From NCBI RefSeq assembly GCF_003334765.1, contig NZ_QOWT01000013.1: 64,000 nt of DNA; one strand, 5' to 3'. Below are positions 52,906-61,550 of this stretch, piece by piece (the first letter of the stretch is position 1; every line of letters starts with the position of its first letter). The position numbers were made by a program, and so were the translations under genes. The stretch comes from Escherichia coli (GTDB lineage Bacteria; Pseudomonadota; Gammaproteobacteria; Enterobacterales; Enterobacteriaceae). Under the pieces are notes generated by a model, which was not told the origin of the DNA, searched no databases, and was given only the letters and a program-made list of their open reading frames with translations.

Positions 52906-54627
52906 ATGCACGCTTTGCTACCCTATCTGGCACTGTATAAACGTCATAAATGGATGTTAAGTCTTGGTATTGTGCTGGCAATTGTGACGCTGCTCGCCAG
53001 TATCGGTCTGTTGACACTTTCCGGCTGGTTCCTCTCGGCCTCAGCGGTTGCGGGGGTTGCCGGACTGTACAGCTTCAACTATATGCTACCCGCTGCGGGC
53101 GTGCGTGGCGCAGCAATCACCCGTACTGCCGGGCGCTATTTTGAACGTCTGGTAAGTCACGACGCGACTTTCCGCGTGTTGCAGCATCTGCGCATTTACA
53201 CCTTCAGCAAATTGCTGCCCCTCTCCCCTGCCGGACTGGCGCGCTATCGTCAGGGCGAATTGCTCAATCGCGTGGTGGCGGATGTTGATACGCTCGATCA
53301 TCTTTACCTGCGCGTTATCTCGCCGCTGGTGGGCGCTTTTGTGGTGATTATGGTGGTGACAATCGGGTTAAGTTTCCTTGATTTCACCCTCGCCTTTACG
53401 CTGGGCGGCATTATGTTACTGACGCTTTTCCTGATGCCACCGCTGTTTTATCGTGCGGGAAAAAGCACCGGGCAAAATCTGACTCATCTTCGCGGACAGT
53501 ATCGCCAACAACTGACGGCCTGGCTGCAAGGGCAAGCTGAGCTGACCATTTTTGGTGCCAGCGATCGTTATCGCACGCAACTAGAGAATACAGAAATTCA
53601 ATGGCTGGAAGCGCAACGCCGTCAATCTGAACTGACCGCATTGTCGCAAGCGATAATGCTGCTCATTGGCGCGTTAGCGGTGATCCTGATGCTGTGGATG
53701 GCGTCTGGCGGCGTTGGCGGCAATGCTCAACCCGGCGCGTTAATTGCCCTGTTTGTCTTCTGCGCGTTAGCCGCGTTTGAAGCACTGGCACCAGTAACGG
53801 GTGCATTTCAGCATCTGGGGCAAGTCATTGCCTCTGCCGTACGTATCTCTGACTTAACGGATCAAAAACCGGAGGTCACCTTTCCTGATACCCAAACTCG
53901 TGTTGCCGATCGCGTTTCGCTGACGTTACGGGATGTTCAGTTCACTTATCCGGAGCAATCTCAACAGGCACTTAAAGGGATTTCTCTTCAGGTAAACGCC
54001 GGGGAACATATAGCGATTCTCGGGCGAACCGGATGCGGCAAATCAACACTGTTACAACTGCTGACCCGCGCATGGGACCCGCAACAGGGCGAGATTTTGC
54101 TTAACGATAGCCCCATAGCCAGCCTGAATGAAGCGGCTCTACGACAGACCATCAGCGTTGTTCCTCAGCGAGTGCATCTGTTTAGCGCCACGCTGCGTGA
54201 TAATCTTTTACTCGCCTCGCCTGGCAGTAGTGATGAGGCTCTGTCGGAGATCTTGCGTCGCGTTGGCCTGGAAAAGCTGCTCGAGGATGCAGGTCTCAAC
54301 AGTTGGTTAGGTGAAGGCGGACGCCAGCTCTCCGGTGGTGAACTGCGCCGTCTGGCTATCGCCCGTGCGCTGTTACATGATGCGCCACTGGTGTTGCTGG
54401 ATGAACCTACCGAAGGCTTAGATGCCACAACCGAAAGCCAGATCCTTGAATTGCTTGCAGAAATGATGCGTGAGAAAACGGTGTTAATGGTCACCCATCG
54501 ACTTCGCGGACTCTCTCGTTTCCAACAAATAATAGTGATGGACAACGGGCAAATTATTGAGCAAGGTACTCACGCAGAACTGCTTGCCAGACAGGGGCGT
54601 TATTACCAGTTCAAGCAGGGTTTGTAA
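52906..54627 (+). CDS. cydC: Cysteine/glutathione ABC exporter CydC
   Basis: 573-aa ABC protein (GRTGCGKST, LSGGELRR); start abuts cydD stop. Confidence 0.96.
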   Translation: MHALLPYLALYKRHKWMLSLGIVLAIVTLLASIGLLTLSGWFLSASAVAGVAGLYSFNYMLPAAGVRGAAITRTAGRYFERLVSHDATFRVLQHLRIYTFSKLLPLSPAGLARYRQGELLNRVVADVDTLDHLYLRVISPLVGAFVVIMVVTIGLSFLDFTLAFTLGGIMLLTLFLMPPLFYRAGKSTGQNLTHLRGQYRQQLTAWLQGQAELTIFGASDRYRTQLENTEIQWLEAQRRQSELTALSQAIMLLIGALAVILMLWMASGGVGGNAQPGALIALFVFCALAAFEALAPVTGAFQHLGQVIASAVRISDLTDQKPEVTFPDTQTRVADRVSLTLRDVQFTYPEQSQQALKGISLQVNAGEHIAILGRTGCGKSTLLQLLTRAWDPQQGEILLNDSPIASLNEAALRQTISVVPQRVHLFSATLRDNLLLASPGSSDEALSEILRRVGLEKLLEDAGLNSWLGEGGRQLSGGELRRLAIARALLHDAPLVLLDEPTEGLDATTESQILELLAEMMREKTVLMVTHRLRGLSRFQQIIVMDNGQIIEQGTHAELLARQGRYYQFKQGL

Positions 54628-54668
54628 GCTATTATTGAACGATCCGACTTGCGTGGAGTTTTGCGGTC

Positions 54669-55373
54669 ATGCGCCTGGTTCAGCTTTCTCGCCATTCAAT
54701 AGCCTTCCCTTCCCCGGAAGGCGCATTACGTGAGCCTAACGGCCTGCTGGCACTTGGGGGCGATCTTAGCCCTGCGCGCCTGTTAATGGCTTACCAGCGT
54801 GGTATTTTTCCGTGGTTTTCTCCAGGCGACCCCATCCTCTGGTGGTCGCCCGATCCCCGCGCGGTGCTATGGCCAGAATCACTGCATATCAGCCGTAGTA
54901 TGAAGCGATTTCATAAACGCTCGCCCTATCGTGTCACGATGAATTACGCTTTTGGTCAGGTCATTGAAGGCTGTGCCAGCGATCGCGAAGAAGGAACCTG
55001 GATCACGCGTGGCGTGGTCGAAGCCTACCATCGCCTTCACGAACTCGGCCATGCCCACTCCATTGAAGTCTGGCGTGAAGATGAGCTTGTCGGCGGTATG
55101 TACGGCGTGGCCCAGGGAACGCTATTTTGTGGCGAGTCCATGTTCAGCCGGATGGAAAATGCGTCTAAAACGGCGCTTCTGGTATTCTGTGAGGAATTTA
55201 TCGGTCATGGCGGTAAGCTTATCGACTGCCAGGTCCTTAACGATCACACAGCATCGCTTGGTGCCTGCGAAATTCCCCGCCGGGATTACCTTAATTATCT
55301 CAATCAAATGCGCCTCGGACGATTGCCGAATAATTTCTGGGTACCACGATGCTTGTTTTCACCACAAGAATGA
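54669..55373 (+). CDS. aat: Leucyl/phenylalanyl-tRNA--protein transferase
   Basis: 234-aa [53 protein letters not shown]... Confidence 0.96.
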
Positions 55374-55654
55374 ATGTTTTCGGCACATTTCTCCCCAGAG
55401 TGTTATAATTGCGGTCGCAGAGTTGGTTACGCTCATTACCCCGCTGCCGATAAGGAATTTTTCGCGTCAGGTAACGCCCATCGTTTATCTCACCGCTCCC
55501 TTATACGTTGCGCTTTTGGTGCGGCTTAGCCGTGTGTTTTCGGAGTAATGTGCCGAACCTGTTTGTTGCGATTTAGCGCGCAAATCTTTACTTATTTACA
55601 GAACTTCGGCATTATCTTGCCGGTTCAAATTACGGTAGTGATACCCCAGAGGAT

Positions 55655-55876
<222 letters not shown>

Positions 55877-55914
55877 TTGTTTTACCGCCTGATGGGCGAA
55901 GAGAAAGAACGAGT

Positions 55915-55947
55915 AAAAGGTCGGTTTAACCGGCCTTTTTATTTTGT
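55915..55947 (+). terminator. Intrinsic terminator of infA
   Basis: Hairpin AAGGTCGG-TTT-AACCGGCCTT followed by TTTATTTT. Confidence 0.75.
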
Positions 55948-56057
55948 GATATGTATGAAGTACTTTGGAAGTATAAGTCCGTAACTTGTCTCGATGTAGA
56001 TATACTGCACAACTTGTTTACAGTATGAGCAAACAATAATTATCATTAAAATTCTTC

Positions 56058-56086
56058 TTGACCGTTTTACTCCAACTCCCTATAGT
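56058..56086 (+). promoter_or_regulatory. Sigma70 promoter of the tRNA-Ser gene
   Basis: -35 TTGACC (56058-56063), 17-bp spacer, -10 TATAGT (56081-56086), then a GC-rich discriminator (GCGCCCCG) typical of stringently controlled stable-RNA promoters. Confidence 0.7.
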
Positions 56087-56129
56087 AGCGCCCCGTTGCC
56101 ACCCATGAGGTTTGGTAGCAAAACAATTT

Positions 56130-56217
56130 GGTGAGGTGTCCGAGTGGCTGAAGGAGCACGCCTGGAAAGTGTGTATACGGCAACGTATCGGGGGTTCGAA
56201 TCCCCCCCTCACCGCCA
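56130..56217 (+). tRNA. serW: tRNA-Ser (anticodon GGA)
   Basis: 88-nt sequence GGTGAGGTGTCCGAGTGGCTGAAGGAGCACGCCTGGAAAGTGTG...GGTTCGAATCCCCCCCTCACCGCCA: acceptor stem, long variable arm, T-loop GGTTCGAATCC and encoded CCA; anticodon loop CUGGAAA. Confidence 0.95.
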
Positions 56218-56367
56218 GATTATAAGCGTATATTATTGTTTGACATGCGCTTTTTTATTCTCCCTTCCAGACAGTATGCCACCGGGTATGCCATCTGAAA
56301 CCGGTTTATATAAGCCGCGATCACATCTTATCGGACTATTTCCGATCTTTGAGCATACCGGGCAAAG

Positions 56368-57213
56368 CTATACTGCCAGCATGCCAGGATAGTGTCTGGC
56401 AATAATATCATTAAGCCTGTCAACCAGTTCTGGTTTTCTGAACGTGATATGCGCGGAGCCCTTCTTAAAGTATCTGATGCTGAACATCTCATCTTCATAG
56501 CACGCTTTACCCTGAACAGACCGGATATGGTCATCCAGATGAATGATGATATTTTCCCGGTTGTCGGGGACTGGTTTGCCACTGAACAGATGCAGCATTC
56601 TTTCCAGGTCGGCAAGTCGGTCGGTCTGTTGTCCGCTGTTCAGATGAATCCCCCACCGGTCCCACCTCACCAGATTGTTGACGATAATTTTACTGCCAAA
56701 TTTACAGGGTGAGTTGGTTTTGTAATTCCAGCTCAGCACTCTGAAGACGTTGATCACTCCTCGCTCAAACACGTCATCCTTATTCTGGTGCAGTTGCTCA
56801 AATGTGCTCCAAATGTTCGCTTCACTGATTTCCGGAAAGTTATCGTACTCCAGTGAGCGGTACCATGTATCACGGGCCTGCGCATCCATTAATGACAGCA
56901 TCCCGGAACGTTGCATCAGGTCACGCCAGATTTCGCGATCGAGATTGCGGGTGATGGCTTTCATTGCGGTTTCCGGTTTCTCCATGAGCCAGCAGCCGCA
57001 GCGAAAATCCTGTTTCATGGCCCAGTCCCGGGCGGTTTTACCGCCAATGCTTTCCGTCAGTACCGAGATTTCAGCCAGTTGCCGGATAAGTGTGTCGATT
57101 TGCAGCAGCGCACTCTTTCGTACAGCCAGAATGTGGCGGATACTGGTTGAGCAGATAACGTCCGTATGTCCGTTGACCAGTTCCGGGCGGGAGATTGTGA
57201 TATCTGACATCAT
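56368..57213 (-). CDS. Island-encoded hypothetical protein, resembling DUF4942-family proteins found at the toxin-proximal end of CP4-type islands
   Basis: 281-aa ORF with protein-like composition. Family assignment is from memory of annotations, not from a search. Confidence 0.65.
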   Translation of the reverse strand: MMSDITISRPELVNGHTDVICSTSIRHILAVRKSALLQIDTLIRQLAEISVLTESIGGKTARDWAMKQDFRCGCWLMEKPETAMKAITRNLDREIWRDLMQRSGMLSLMDAQARDTWYRSLEYDNFPEISEANIWSTFEQLHQNKDDVFERGVINVFRVLSWNYKTNSPCKFGSKIIVNNLVRWDRWGIHLNSGQQTDRLADLERMLHLFSGKPVPDNRENIIIHLDDHIRSVQGKACYEDEMFSIRYFKKGSAHITFRKPELVDRLNDIIARHYPGMLAV

Positions 57214-57294
57214 CGTTTTTCCTTTTGGTTTATAAACGAAAACGCCAGCCGTATTCAGGCTGGCGTCAGTGGAATGAAGTCTGGTGAGTAAGAC

Positions 57295-57492
57295 TCACCT
57301 GTTCTGTTGCAGAAGCTGCTGTTGGCGCAGGGTACGGATATCTTCCCTGGCCTGTTCAATGCAGGGCAGCAGTGCTGCTGAATCCGTTTTATCCTCATCG
57401 GTGTCGAAGATAATCCCTGATTCGCAGTCAATATTGTCCTGCATCCACGCAATCAGAATATCCAGCGCCGTTTCTGTGGTTAATGATTTCAT
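57295..57492 (-). CDS. YeeW-like small protein
   Basis: 65-aa segment MKSLTTETALDILIAWMQDNIDCESGIIFDTDEDKTDSAALLPCIEQAREDIRTLRQQQLLQQNR inside ORF 57295..57723; matches the YeeW-type protein found downstream of CbtA-type toxins. Confidence 0.7.
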   Translation of the reverse strand: MKSLTTETALDILIAWMQDNIDCESGIIFDTDEDKTDSAALLPCIEQAREDIRTLRQQQLLQQNR

Positions 57493-57508
57493 GTTGTGAA
57501 TTTCCGGG

Positions 57509-57760
57509 TTACCAGTCGAAAGTGGGGAACCCCGGCAGACATTCTGCGCCGGCGTCCAGATGAATGAGACTGACGCCATAACGCCGGGTGAGAGTGACGA
57601 CCAGACGACGGAACGTTCTTGACAGGCCCAGGCGTTTAAGCCGCAGAACCGGGTACGACCATGCATCGGTACGTAACAGATACCAGTCGCGGGCTTTTTC
57701 CCGTACGGTGGAGGATAGCTCATGCAGTGTATACACGGTGGTGGTGATAATTCTGCTCAT
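57509..57760 (-). CDS. 83-aa hypothetical protein in the slot where CP4 islands carry the CbeA/CbtA-type antitoxin-toxin pair; weak resemblance to the CbtA/YkfI toxin C-terminus
   Basis: ATG start, TAA stop; contains YLLRTD (compare YALVRTD / YELVRID in CbtA-family toxins); too short for either partner. Confidence 0.4.
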   Translation of the reverse strand: MSRIITTTVYTLHELSSTVREKARDWYLLRTDAWSYPVLRLKRLGLSRTFRRLVVTLTRRYGVSLIHLDAGAECLPGFPTFDW

Positions 57761-57778
57761 CTGAATGCCCTTACTGAC

Positions 57779-58000
57779 TCAGTTCAGGGTGACGTTCATC
57801 AGCCGGACATACGGGCCAAAACTGTCCTTACGGCGTTCAGCAAACACGGCCAGCACACCGGGAATATCCTGCACTTCACGACCGGTATACGTCTCAGCAC
57901 TGCCGTGCCAGCGGTACTTACCGGTGCAGAACGGAAATAGACGGGGTGCAGGATGCTGTTGGTGAATACGCATGGCTTCACCACGGGTGATAATTTTCAT
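57779..58000 (-). CDS. DUF987-family protein (YeeT/YpjJ-like)
   Basis: 73-aa ORF MKIITRGEAMRIHQQHPAPRLFPFCTGKYRWHGSAETYTGREVQDIPGVLAVFAERRKDSFGPYVRLMNVTLN. Confidence 0.85.
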   Translation of the reverse strand: MKIITRGEAMRIHQQHPAPRLFPFCTGKYRWHGSAETYTGREVQDIPGVLAVFAERRKDSFGPYVRLMNVTLN

Positions 58001-58062
58001 AATGGGATACCTCTGAAGACAGAAGATAAAAGTGAAAACAGGTGTGATGTGGTTGTGACGGG

Positions 58063-58539
58063 TTAAAGCAGACCATGTTCGGCAAAGGAGAAAACCTGGT
58101 TGCCACCGACTATCAGATGGTCCGGCACCCGGATATCCACCAGGCCCAGTGCCTGTACCAGACGTTCGGTGATAAGCCGGTCTGCCTTACTGGGTGTGAC
58201 TTCACCGGACGGGTGATTGTGTGCCAGTACCACGGCAGCGGCATTGTGGTACAGGGCGCGTTTAATCACTTCCCGGGGATGGACTTCCGTGCGGTTGATG
58301 GTGCCGGTGAAGAGGGTTTCACCGGCAATCAGCTGATTCTGGTTGTTCAGATACAGCACCCGGAATTCTTCACGCTCCAGTCCCGCCATGTTCAGAATCA
58401 GCCATTCCCGTGCTGCACGGGTGGAGGTGAAGGCCACGCCGGGTTCATGAAGATGGCGGTCCAGGGTTTTCAGGGCCCGTTGAATGAGGCTGCGCTCGCC
58501 GGGCGTCATCTCTCCGGGCAGAAAGGAAAGTTGTTGCAT
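58063..58539 (-). CDS. RadC-like JAB/MPN-domain protein (YeeS/YfjY/YkfG-like)
   Basis: ORF 58063..58554; probable start MQQLSFLPGEMTPGERSLIQRAL...; JAMM motif HNHPSGEVTPSKAD. Confidence 0.88.
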   Translation of the reverse strand: MQQLSFLPGEMTPGERSLIQRALKTLDRHLHEPGVAFTSTRAAREWLILNMAGLEREEFRVLYLNNQNQLIAGETLFTGTINRTEVHPREVIKRALYHNAAAVVLAHNHPSGEVTPSKADRLITERLVQALGLVDIRVPDHLIVGGNQVFSFAEHGLL

Positions 58540-58554
58540 TGTCCCTGCCTCCAT

Positions 58555-59028
58555 TCAGTCGATGATGCGCATAATGGCGCTGCATTCCGGATGCTGCAGG
58601 GCGTAATCCCGCAGCCGGTAATAATGAACCGTCATGGCATAATTCTCTGTACGACAGGCGTGATGGCTGTACGCCATCAGACAGGCGGCAATGCCGGCGG
58701 CTTCCGGGCTCATTTCAGCGCGGTTACCGTTCATGACGTTAAACAGCACCCATGTTTCGTCATCATCGTCATCCGGTTCGGGTGCCATAAATGCGCCACC
58801 GTTGTTCAGGGTGTACAGATTCCAGATACCACCGCAGTAGTCTTCGCACAGACGGTCCATCCAGCCGAAGACACGGGGCTCCAGGGTCACCCACTGTGGA
58901 ATGAGGCCAAAGTGCTGCGGCCAGAAGCTGATGCGCTGTTCATCAGGGACGAGGGTGGCAACCAGTTGTTGCAGGTCAGTCTCCGGTGCACAGGCCGAAG
59001 AGGTGGTGTTCTGAGACAATGTTTTCAT
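58555..59028 (-). CDS. Antirestriction protein (YfjX/YafX/KlcA-like)
   Basis: 157-aa segment starting MKTLSQNTTSSACAPETDLQQLVATLVPDEQRISFWPQHFGLIPQWVTLEP... inside ORF 58555..59409; the upstream in-frame extension is not supported by homology. Confidence 0.85.
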   Translation of the reverse strand: MKTLSQNTTSSACAPETDLQQLVATLVPDEQRISFWPQHFGLIPQWVTLEPRVFGWMDRLCEDYCGGIWNLYTLNNGGAFMAPEPDDDDDETWVLFNVMNGNRAEMSPEAAGIAACLMAYSHHACRTENYAMTVHYYRLRDYALQHPECSAIMRIID

Positions 59029-59369
59029 GTATGAAATCCTTGTAATGTGAATAAATGAGAGGGAGTAAAGGTCGGGAGCTGGCAACATCACGTTCATCAC
59101 TGACCGTGATGACCCGGTAATATCAGGGATGAATGATATTCGGCTGAAATTCCGGACAGCCGTACGCGTAACCGTTCCGGTCACAGACGGATGGCCAGAT
59201 GCCATTGCCTGTATACTCAGTCTGCACAGACTGATTTCTCCGGGACGGTAAAACAGACGGGTACACCAGGCGCACAGGTCATCATCAGAAATGGAACGAC
59301 ACCCCGGCAGCGCCTCCGGGGCGTCGGGTGATTCTGGTGCCTGAATCACGCCTTCAGGGACATGCTGCA

Positions 59370-60188
59370 TCAGCGCAGGCTCTCCAGCAGCATTTCTGCC
59401 ATTACCCACAATGCGCGGTTGAGCTTAATATCGGTGTCGATGTTGTGAATGGCACGGGTGTGGATACGTTTTCCTTTTGCACTGCGGCCGGAAATCCCGC
59501 CTTTCAGCATATTCTCCTGGATGGTCTGATAAGTACTCCACAGGTCCTTACCGTAATCCTCCCGGCGTCGTGGCGTCAGAATGTCGGCGGTGGTGACGGG
59601 CCGATGTTCGTCACCATAACGGTAAGTCAGTGCCGCCTGTGCCAGCTCCTGGCGTTCCGGTGGCGGCAGGACCAGCGACTGCATGGCATCACGCTTCTCC
59701 TCTATCCGGTCAAACACGCCCACCACCTCGTAAGCCCCTTCGATAACTTTCTCCACTACATTTCCCCGGTGTGGAACACGCACTTCCCCCAGAGACTGGC
59801 CACAGACGCACCCGTTCTGGCAGACGAACCTGAAGTAACCCGGCAGCATCTGGTAGCTGGAGGTACCGTCATGAGAGTTGAGCAGAATAATTTCAGGGAC
59901 ATGTTCTCCGTTTATCTCTCCGGCCCGCCGCAGACGCAGCATGTGTTTTGTGTATCCCCGGCGGCCCGGGTCGCGCACGCGGGTCTGGCAGGCGAAGAAT
60001 GGCTGAAAACCTTCCTGCTGCAGGCTTTCCAGTACGGTGATGGTGGGAATGTACGCATATCGTTTACTGCGGGAAGTATGCCGGTCTTCACCGAAAATAC
60101 TGGGAACATAGTGCATCAGTTCTTCGTGTGTCAGCGGACGGTCACGGCGTATCTGGTTCGTATAACCAAAACGACTGGCTAGTCGCAT
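59370..60188 (-). CDS. DUF932-family protein (YfjQ/YafZ-like)
   Basis: 272-aa ORF MRLASRFGYTNQIRRDRPLTHEELMHYVPSIFGEDRHTSRSKRYAYIPT... Confidence 0.8.
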   Translation of the reverse strand: MRLASRFGYTNQIRRDRPLTHEELMHYVPSIFGEDRHTSRSKRYAYIPTITVLESLQQEGFQPFFACQTRVRDPGRRGYTKHMLRLRRAGEINGEHVPEIILLNSHDGTSSYQMLPGYFRFVCQNGCVCGQSLGEVRVPHRGNVVEKVIEGAYEVVGVFDRIEEKRDAMQSLVLPPPERQELAQAALTYRYGDEHRPVTTADILTPRRREDYGKDLWSTYQTIQENMLKGGISGRSAKGKRIHTRAIHNIDTDIKLNRALWVMAEMLLESLR

Positions 60189-60305
60189 AATTTGCTCCTT
60201 ATCGGTGGTTAAGATTTACTGGTGTAATAAATGAAAAAGCCACGTCTCCCGGAGAAGACGCGGCCTGACAGATGAAATGAATGACGTTTATTGTCTGAGA
60301 AGCCC

Positions 60306-60530
60306 TTAACTGGCGAGCCGCGTATTAAGCTGTGTTCCGGTATCGGGCTCAAAATTCCGGCAGCACCAGCGCAACTGACCTCCAGCATTACGGATAACCA
60401 GCCGGAAATGTGTTCCCAGGTCATCTTCCGTAAACACATTGCTGTAAGTTGTTGTGACGGCAACCACCTGTTCGCATGAGAAAGGGCCTTCGGGAAATAA
60501 GAGTAATGTACAGCCCTCATGTATTTTCAC
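60306..60530 (-). CDS. Hypothetical small protein (74 aa, GTG start)
   Basis: Only protein-like ORF in the 60189-60625 gap; no clear Shine-Dalgarno; overlapped by a 103-aa ORF in another frame with less protein-like composition. Confidence 0.3.
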   Translation of the reverse strand: MKIHEGCTLLLFPEGPFSCEQVVAVTTTYSNVFTEDDLGTHFRLVIRNAGGQLRWCCRNFEPDTGTQLNTRLAS

Positions 60531-60625
60531 CTGAAAATAAAAGTCGCTGTAATCATGGCAGGGCCGTATTTATTTTTGATATTAATAAATTAATAACGCG
60601 AAAATGAACCGCATAACTTACTCCT

Positions 60626-61108
60626 TTAATTTGTTTTGTTTACGTAGTCCTTGACCAGGTACGCGAATTCGTGAACGCCAATTTCACCAAACCAAATCAG
60701 GTAACCAGGGTCGATGTTGTAATAGTAACCAACGACTTTATGTGTTTTTGGGTTATAGAGTGTTATGATAAAGTTCCACCCGCAAGCGTGAGCTTTACAA
60801 CCACCACCTTCTACCCAGGTCGTTCCGTTAATGTTTACAGGATATGCACCACCGCCAGGACCATCCATATAGCCGTCTTTACCGAACATCCCGTCCAGTC
60901 CGACGGGATTTAGTGTTTTGTCGATAGCTACTCTGTAGGTAGCGTCACCTTCGTATAACTCGTACGTTGTTGGACATGCACCAGGCTGGCCAGACCAGGC
61001 TTTTGAGTCGCATTTAAGGGTCTGATTTACAGTGGCGGCGTTTGTGTCAGGACTTACACCAATAAACAGGAAAACCAGAAAGAACATCAGAGTATGTAAA
61101 CGTTTCAT
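60626..61108 (-). CDS. Exported Ivy-family-like protein (putative lysozyme-inhibitor paralog)
   Basis: 160-aa ORF with signal peptide (MKRLHTLMFFLVFLFIGVSPDTNA), good RBS (AAGAAGGAA) upstream, and a CKAHACG motif aligning with the Ivy CKPHDCG loop; downstream segment ...KTHKVVGYYYNID resembles Ivy ...KSNQMTGLFSTID. Confidence 0.6.
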   Translation of the reverse strand: MKRLHTLMFFLVFLFIGVSPDTNAATVNQTLKCDSKAWSGQPGACPTTYELYEGDATYRVAIDKTLNPVGLDGMFGKDGYMDGPGGGAYPVNINGTTWVEGGGCKAHACGWNFIITLYNPKTHKVVGYYYNIDPGYLIWFGEIGVHEFAYLVKDYVNKTN

Positions 61109-61550
61109 TATAAATTCCTTCTTAGGTTATTTAGCACTGCGATTTAAAGTAATACGGCCGATTAACTCAGTGCTATGAAAGAAGTCCACAGCGGTATAAT
61201 TACCGACCGCTAATGGATATTGCCGGACATTACCTTCGCTTGCCCACAGACAATATCATTGAGTCGTTGATAAACATACGTGTCGGGATCGGCAATAATC
61301 AGCCCTGCACAATTGTCATCATGCATTAAACGATAAATTTCCAATTTACTGAAATTTCGCATTAGTTCAGGGACTTCATCAGGATTGATAATGGATGAAT
61401 ATAGAGCCGGGTTGTAATAGTGAATATCCGGCTCGCCGAAAGTATAAGTGTGCTGATACCAACAATACAGACAATAGCGATGGTATAAAGTATCAAGTGC
61501 TTTTTAAAATAGACTGGAAACCAGATCCCCCTTTTTACTTACCTGTGTTA

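Noticed and set aside
56218-56260. Weak hairpin (AAGCG...CGCTT then TTTTTTATT) immediately after the tRNA-Ser gene as a tRNA terminator or att core
   Set aside because: The stem is only 5 bp with a 19-nt loop; it cannot be told from sequence alone whether this is terminator, attachment-site scar or neither.
57493-57723. 142-aa ORF extending the YeeW-like frame upstream
   Set aside because: The YeeW family is about 65 aa; the extension overlaps the 83-aa ORF in another frame and has no independent support.
59029-59409. N-terminal extension of the antirestriction ORF to 284 aa
   Set aside because: Homologous antirestriction proteins start at MKTLSQ...; the extension is Ser/Pro-rich and overlaps the DUF932 gene end.
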